A DNA stretch of 12,263 nt from NCBI GenBank assembly GCA_016840035.1, contig JAEOTC010000021.1, positions 1-12,263 of the forward strand, written 5' to 3'. This document shows, one piece after another, positions 7,915 to 12,263 of this stretch (its first letter is position 1; the number at the start of each line of letters is the position of its first letter). The stretch comes from Candidatus Hodarchaeota archaeon (lineage in GTDB: Archaea; Asgardarchaeota; Heimdallarchaeia; Hodarchaeales; Hodarchaeaceae). Under the pieces are notes generated by a model that saw only the letters and a program-made list of their open reading frames with translations, was not told where the DNA came from and made no database searches. A program made the translations under genes and the position numbers.

Positions 7915-8784
7915 TTGGATATCGAAAAAGCGATTTCAGAGATACAGGAGAAGTTTGGGGTAGTTGGACGAGAGCGTACGCTTCGAAAACTCATCCTTGG
8001 CAAAATGGCTAGCAAACATATCATAATTGAAGGGCCCGTAGGGGTTGGAAAAACGACATTGGCTCATGCAGTAGCCGCTTACTTTGATCAAGGGTTCATT
8101 CGAATTGATGGGGATGAACGATACACCGAAAGTAAACTGGTTGGACACTTCGAACCCCCTCTTGTTGTAGAAAAAGGGTGGATATGGGATGCATTTGTAC
8201 CAGGGCCGTTAACCTTAGCAATGAAAAATGGATCGATTCTGTTTATTAATGAAGCTAATCGACTAATAGAAGGGACGCAAAACGTACTTTTACCGTCAAT
8301 GGATGAAGGAATACTCATATTACCAAAATTAGGGGTAATAAAAGCAGTAGAAGGATTTTTAGTGGTTGCTACACAAAATCCAGAGTCATACATTGGAACA
8401 ACAGTGCTTTCTGAAGCATTAAAGGATCGGTTCGTATGGATCAAACTTGAGAATCAAGGATACGAAGCAGAACTTGATATTGTTAAACAGAAAGCCAATA
8501 TAGATGATAAAGATATATTAATCGCTGAAACATCAACAAAAATCACTCGTGCAACACGTAATCATCCTGATGTACGAAGAGGATCTTCAATTCGAGGTGC
8601 CATAGACTTAGCAAAAATACTAAGTTTGGTACAAAGTTTAACCCTTGAAACAGTGTCAGAATTATCTATTATGACCATTGCCACAAAAATTGAACTCGAA
8701 GATGGTGTAGAGAGACCCATCGAAGAAATTATCCATGAAATCGCAGAAGCGATACTCTCTGGGGACGAAGACCGTTTTTTATAA
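7915..8784 (+). CDS. MoxR-family AAA+ ATPase
   Basis: Walker A EGPVGVGKT, Walker B variant LFINEANR, QNVLLPSMDEG, sensor I ATQNP, ALKDRF arginine finger and GSSIRG sensor II. TTG at 7915 follows a GGTGAT SD; the ORF track start is 7903. Confidence 0.92.
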   Translation: MDIEKAISEIQEKFGVVGRERTLRKLILGKMASKHIIIEGPVGVGKTTLAHAVAAYFDQGFIRIDGDERYTESKLVGHFEPPLVVEKGWIWDAFVPGPLTLAMKNGSILFINEANRLIEGTQNVLLPSMDEGILILPKLGVIKAVEGFLVVATQNPESYIGTTVLSEALKDRFVWIKLENQGYEAELDIVKQKANIDDKDILIAETSTKITRATRNHPDVRRGSSIRGAIDLAKILSLVQSLTLETVSELSIMTIATKIELEDGVERPIEEIIHEIAEAILSGDEDRFL

Positions 8785-8843
8785 GGAAATCCCGAGTAGC
8801 CGCTCGGGAATATAAGAAGAACATTCGTCTCTTCGGTAGGCTA
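8775..8843 (+). promoter_or_regulatory. Candidate -1 programmed ribosomal frameshift signal (slippery heptamer plus stimulatory structure)
   Basis: T_TTT_TTA at 8775-8781 is in the MoxR frame, followed by an 8-nt spacer and the stem TCCCGAGT-AGCC-GCTCGGGA (8790-8809). The -1 frame has no stop from 8739 through the vWA ORF. Confidence 0.7.
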
Positions 8844-8846
8844 AAT

Positions 8847-9851
8847 ATGGAGGATTTAGCAGAGGCAGCAATCGCAGCAGGTGACTCTCTACCCAAACTG
8901 GACAAACTAGATATTGCTAGCATAGAACGGTTGACAGAATCCGCGATTGAACACGAAAATTTACCCGCATTGATGTCTTTGGCAAAAATCAATAAGTATG
9001 CAGTCTCCAATAGTTTGAATCCGGAGCGATTGGTGTCACTAGGAAGAGTAGCAGGATCAGGAGGCGTATATACCCCCCGATTGTTCTTTGTAATGCGAGG
9101 AGTTCTAGATAGGAAGCGAAGAAAAATTTTGAAACGGTTAACACGTACATCTATTCTCAAACTATCTCTGAGAATCGCTTCTGAAGGGTTACGTGGAGAT
9201 CTTCCCATACGAGGAGAATTTCAACCTGACTCTGACTTCGATCTCGAAGCCACGATGGAGCAAGTTTTAGAAAGATATCCTGCAGGAATTCCAAGACTTA
9301 GCAATACAGATATAATCGGTATTGAACGTCATGAACGAAAGAAAAATGGCGTATTAATCCTAGATGCTAGTGGATCCATGATGGGAGAACGAAATATCAA
9401 TGCTGCTCTCTCAGCTGCGGTCATGGCTTTTTCAATGCGGAAAGATCAGTTTGGTGTCGTTGCATTTAATACCAAAGGGTTTTTGATTAAAGGAATCAAA
9501 GATGACCTGAAAATCGAGGATATTATGGATAAAATTCTTGATTTAGAGGCAGTAGGCTATACTAATATCGAAGATGGTCTGAGAGTGGGTGCTATTCAAA
9601 TTAAAAATTTGAAAACTCGTTATAAATGGGCCATATTACTGACTGATGGAGCATATAATAAGGGAGATGATCCCCGCTACTTATGTCGTCAATTCGAGAA
9701 ATTACATGTCATCAATTTACCTGGAGGGAAAAAATGGGGAGAAAAGGTTTGTCAAGATCTTGCCCGATTGGGTGGAGGCCGATATGTTGTGGTCCGCAAT
9801 TATCATGAAGTACCACGAGCATTAATGAAAGTTCTCAGAAGTCCTTGGTAA
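8847..9851 (+). CDS. von Willebrand factor A (vWA) domain protein, MoxR partner; possibly translated as the C-terminal half of a frameshift fusion
   Basis: Complete MIDAS: LILDASGSM (DxSxS), GYTN (T) and LLTDG (D). DFDLEATME resembles the pre-vWA segment of ChlD/CoxE-like proteins. The frame is open upstream to 8739. Confidence 0.9.
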   Translation: MEDLAEAAIAAGDSLPKLDKLDIASIERLTESAIEHENLPALMSLAKINKYAVSNSLNPERLVSLGRVAGSGGVYTPRLFFVMRGVLDRKRRKILKRLTRTSILKLSLRIASEGLRGDLPIRGEFQPDSDFDLEATMEQVLERYPAGIPRLSNTDIIGIERHERKKNGVLILDASGSMMGERNINAALSAAVMAFSMRKDQFGVVAFNTKGFLIKGIKDDLKIEDIMDKILDLEAVGYTNIEDGLRVGAIQIKNLKTRYKWAILLTDGAYNKGDDPRYLCRQFEKLHVINLPGGKKWGEKVCQDLARLGGGRYVVVRNYHEVPRALMKVLRSPW

Positions 9852-10590
9852 GGACTTTAAACCATTTTTCTTTAGATAAAAGCTGGTTTAGGCGATCAGG
9901 GAAGTTAGTGAGGATTCCATCTACACCCAAAGCAACGACATGTTTCATCTCGGGGATTTCATCAGCAAAAAAATAGAATACTCGAATATCATGATCATGA
10001 CACTGTTGAATAAACGAGGGATTCAACGCACGTTGTCGAATTTGTGCTGTGTTGACTTCTAAGTGAAGTAATAGATCAAAATACTCCTCATTCGATCGGT
10101 CTTTTTGCAATAATCCACATTCAACGGAACTATCAATTGATTGAATACGTTGGATGTTTTCAATGTGTCTGGCCATAATTATAGCTCTTTTTTCTATATG
10201 ATGTTTATGAATCATTGAAACAACCGATTTCTCAAACCAATCAGAGTGTTTATCATAAAATTTTAATTCAATATTAAATTGAAGGGGTGAAGGAATTAGA
10301 ACTAACATTTCTGCTAATGTAGGAATTTGTTCCCCCTGAAAACGAGGATCAAACCAACTACCAGCATCTAAACTTCGTAAATATTGAAAAGATGATTCAA
10401 AGAGTGGTCCTTGCCCATTAGTGGTTCTTTCTATTCCTTGGCGATCGTGAAAAATCATAAGATGGTGATCACAAGAGGGTTGGACATCAAATTCAATCAT
10501 ATCAGCATATTTAATCCCCTCGTTAACGCAAGAGATGGTATTTTCAGGCGCTAAGCCTGCTCCTCCACGATGGGCAATATTTAGCACCAT
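9835..10590 (-). CDS. Glycerophosphodiester phosphodiesterase (GDPD/UgpQ family), cytoplasmic
   Basis: IAHRGGAGLAPENT, IEFDVQ, IFHD, ERTTNG, LDAGSWF, IPTLAE, NIELK and GVDGILTNFPD. No signal peptide. Overlaps the vWA 3' end by 17 nt. Confidence 0.93.
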   Translation of the reverse strand: MVLNIAHRGGAGLAPENTISCVNEGIKYADMIEFDVQPSCDHHLMIFHDRQGIERTTNGQGPLFESSFQYLRSLDAGSWFDPRFQGEQIPTLAEMLVLIPSPLQFNIELKFYDKHSDWFEKSVVSMIHKHHIEKRAIIMARHIENIQRIQSIDSSVECGLLQKDRSNEEYFDLLLHLEVNTAQIRQRALNPSFIQQCHDHDIRVFYFFADEIPEMKHVVALGVDGILTNFPDRLNQLLSKEKWFKVLTKDF

Positions 10591-10741
10591 AATTTTTAAC
10601 GAGGACCTTATCTAATTTATATTTACTCATATGGTAAGAATTCTTTCTATCGAAAAAGTTAAAAAAATCATTTTCCCTAAAAAATAGGAACTTCCATTAT
10701 ATGAAAATGTATTAGATTACAATAGAGGAGGTCGAATCATT

Positions 10742-12263
10742 TTGAGGAGAAATAAGAGTTTTAAAACGAGTTATATCGTATTTACAGTATTTGGATTGAT
10801 TATTACGTTATTATTAAGTTTTACAACGAGTTCGTTGACATCGAGTACACCACTCGAAGAAGTATCTATTGAAGATGCAATAACTAATGAACTGGGATAT
10901 ACTTTTACTGGGCAAGCAGCTTACGACTGGGCTGGAAATTATATCTCTACAATCGGTGATATTAATCAAGATAGTTATGATGATTTCCTTATTAGTGCTA
11001 TGAAAGGAAATGGTTCAACTGGAGAAGTATATCTTATTTATGGTCGTTCTAATGACCAGTGGAATAACATGAATTTAATGGATGCAGATGCCTCCTTTGT
11101 GGGAGAAGAAGTTGGTTCAAGCACAGGTCAGTGGCTTGCGGCAATAGGTGATATCAATCAGGATACGTATCCCGATTTTGCAATTGCTGCTCCACGAAAT
11201 AATGAATCTGGGAATTGGGCAGGACAAACATACATAATTTTTGGTAGTGATAGTTCTCAATGGACAAAGGATTATTCCCTTTCTCAAGTTAACGCTTCTT
11301 ATTTAGGAGAAGTTAGTTTTGATTATTCAGGCCATGGCCTTGCAGGATTAGGAGATATCAATGGTGATGGAATAGATGATTTCGCGATTAGTGCTGAAGG
11401 AAGTGACGAAAATGCACTCGATGCAGGTCAGGTCTATATAATCTTTGGTAGATCATCAAATACTTGGACAATGGATACCTCTTTAGCTCAAGCGAATGCC
11501 TCTTTGGTCGGTAATGAAACAAACCTCCTTTTGGGAGCAGATTTAGCAGGAGTAGGAGATGTCAATAAAGATGGAGTAGATGACTTTATCATGGGAGCAT
11601 ATCGAGTTGTAAATACTAAAAGATATAGATATGCTTACCTTGTTTTTGGAAAAGAACAAGGATGGGGAATGGGATCTTCAATAGAAACAGCTAACGTAAC
11701 ATTTGTCTTAGAGGAGGTACCTGAAGTAACAATGTGGCCTATCTCAGGAGATTTCATTTCTGGAGTTAATGATGTAAATCACGACGGATATGACGATATC
11801 TTGATAGGAGGAATACGGAGTGATCAGGGAGGAATAGATGCAGGTAGTGGTTATCTATTTTTGGGAAGAGCAACAGCTAGCTGGCAGAATCAATATTTAA
11901 AAGAGAATGCAGACGTTATCTTCACTGGAGAATCAGCAGATGGATGGGCGGGATGGTCTGTGGGAAGTGCTGGTGATGTGAATAAGGATACCTATGATGA
12001 TCTCTTGATTGGGGCAGTAAATTTATTTAATCCCTCAAGTGAAGGTAAAACCTATCTGATCCTCGGAAAAGAAAGCTGGACGACTAGCTCCTCTTTAAGT
12101 AATGCAGATTATATTTACACTCAAAAAAATGTAGGGGATGGTCTTGGATTCCATGTTGCAGGGATCGGGGATGTAAATAACGATGATCAGGATGATATTG
12201 CGATAGGGGCAATATTTAATGATCAAAATGGACCTGATGCAGGAATTGTCTATATGTCACTAA
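10742..12263 (+). CDS. Secreted/surface FG-GAP repeat (integrin-alpha-like beta-propeller) protein, 3' truncated; not in the ORF track
   Basis: GGAGGT SD at 10727-10732 and TTG start. MRRNKSFKTSYIVFTVFGLIITLLLSF is a signal or TM segment. Seven repeats: GDINQDSYDD, GDINQDTYPD, GDINGDGIDD, GDVNKDGVDD, NDVNHDGYDD, GDVNKDTYDD, GDVNNDDQDD, mostly followed by G.VY..FG-type strands. Open for 507 codons to the window end. Confidence 0.92.
   Translation, partial: MRRNKSFKTSYIVFTVFGLIITLLLSFTTSSLTSSTPLEEVSIEDAITNELGYTFTGQAAYDWAGNYISTIGDINQDSYDDFLISAMKGNGSTGEVYLIYGRSNDQWNNMNLMDADASFVGEEVGSSTGQWLAAIGDINQDTYPDFAIAAPRNNESGNWAGQTYIIFGSDSSQWTKDYSLSQVNASYLGEVSFDYSGHGLAGLGDINGDGIDDFAISAEGSDENALDAGQVYIIFGRSSNTWTMDTSLAQANASLVGNETNLLLGADLAGVGDVNKDGVDDFIMGAYRVVNTKRYRYAYLVFGKEQGWGMGSSIETANVTFVLEEVPEVTMWPISGDFISGVNDVNHDGYDDILIGGIRSDQGGIDAGSGYLFLGRATASWQNQYLKENADVIFTGESADGWAGWSVGSAGDVNKDTYDDLLIGAVNLFNPSSEGKTYLILGKESWTTSSSLSNADYIYTQKNVGDGLGFHVAGIGDVNNDDQDDIAIGAIFNDQNGPDAGIVYMSL

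Noticed and set aside
7936-8444. Two minus-strand ORFs (70 and 118 aa)
   Set aside because: Antisense shadows of the MoxR gene.
8729-9208. 159-aa minus-strand ORF spanning the MoxR/vWA junction
   Set aside because: No motif; explained as an antisense shadow in codon register with the open vWA/-1 frame.
7903-9851. Mg/Co-chelatase ChlI/ChlD assignment
   Set aside because: The ATPase lacks ChlI-type motifs (G.RGTGKS, LYVDEVNLL) and shows MoxR-type motifs; no ChlH/CobN gene in the window.
12261-12263. Terminal TAA as the stop of the FG-GAP gene
   Set aside because: Out of frame (the reading is ...ATG TCA CTA A); the ORF continues past the window.

Overview
AT-rich archaeal window. Bulge-helix-bulge (BHB) tRNA introns, NadM, NOG1 and a RadB-like gene mark it as archaeal; an Asgard/Heimdallarchaeia-like origin is my inference only. 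Left to right: a minus-strand run of an RNase H-fold hypothetical protein, nadM and a NOG1-family GTPase (cut by the window edge); a short RadB-like gene converging on a bacterial-type mutS-mutL pair; tandem tRNA-Leu(CAG) and tRNA-Ser(CGA), the latter with two BHB introns (37/38 and T-loop 59/60); a MoxR AAA+ ATPase followed by a vWA protein; a glycerophosphodiester phosphodiesterase; and a secreted 7-repeat FG-GAP protein missed by the ORF track. The main finding is the MoxR/vWA junction. It has an in-frame U_UUU_UUA slippery heptamer directly before the MoxR stop, an 8-nt spacer and a GC-rich hairpin (possibly a 3-stem pseudoknot), and the -1 frame runs open into the vWA ORF. This is a candidate programmed -1 frameshift making both a free AAA+ subunit and an AAA-vWA fusion from one locus.
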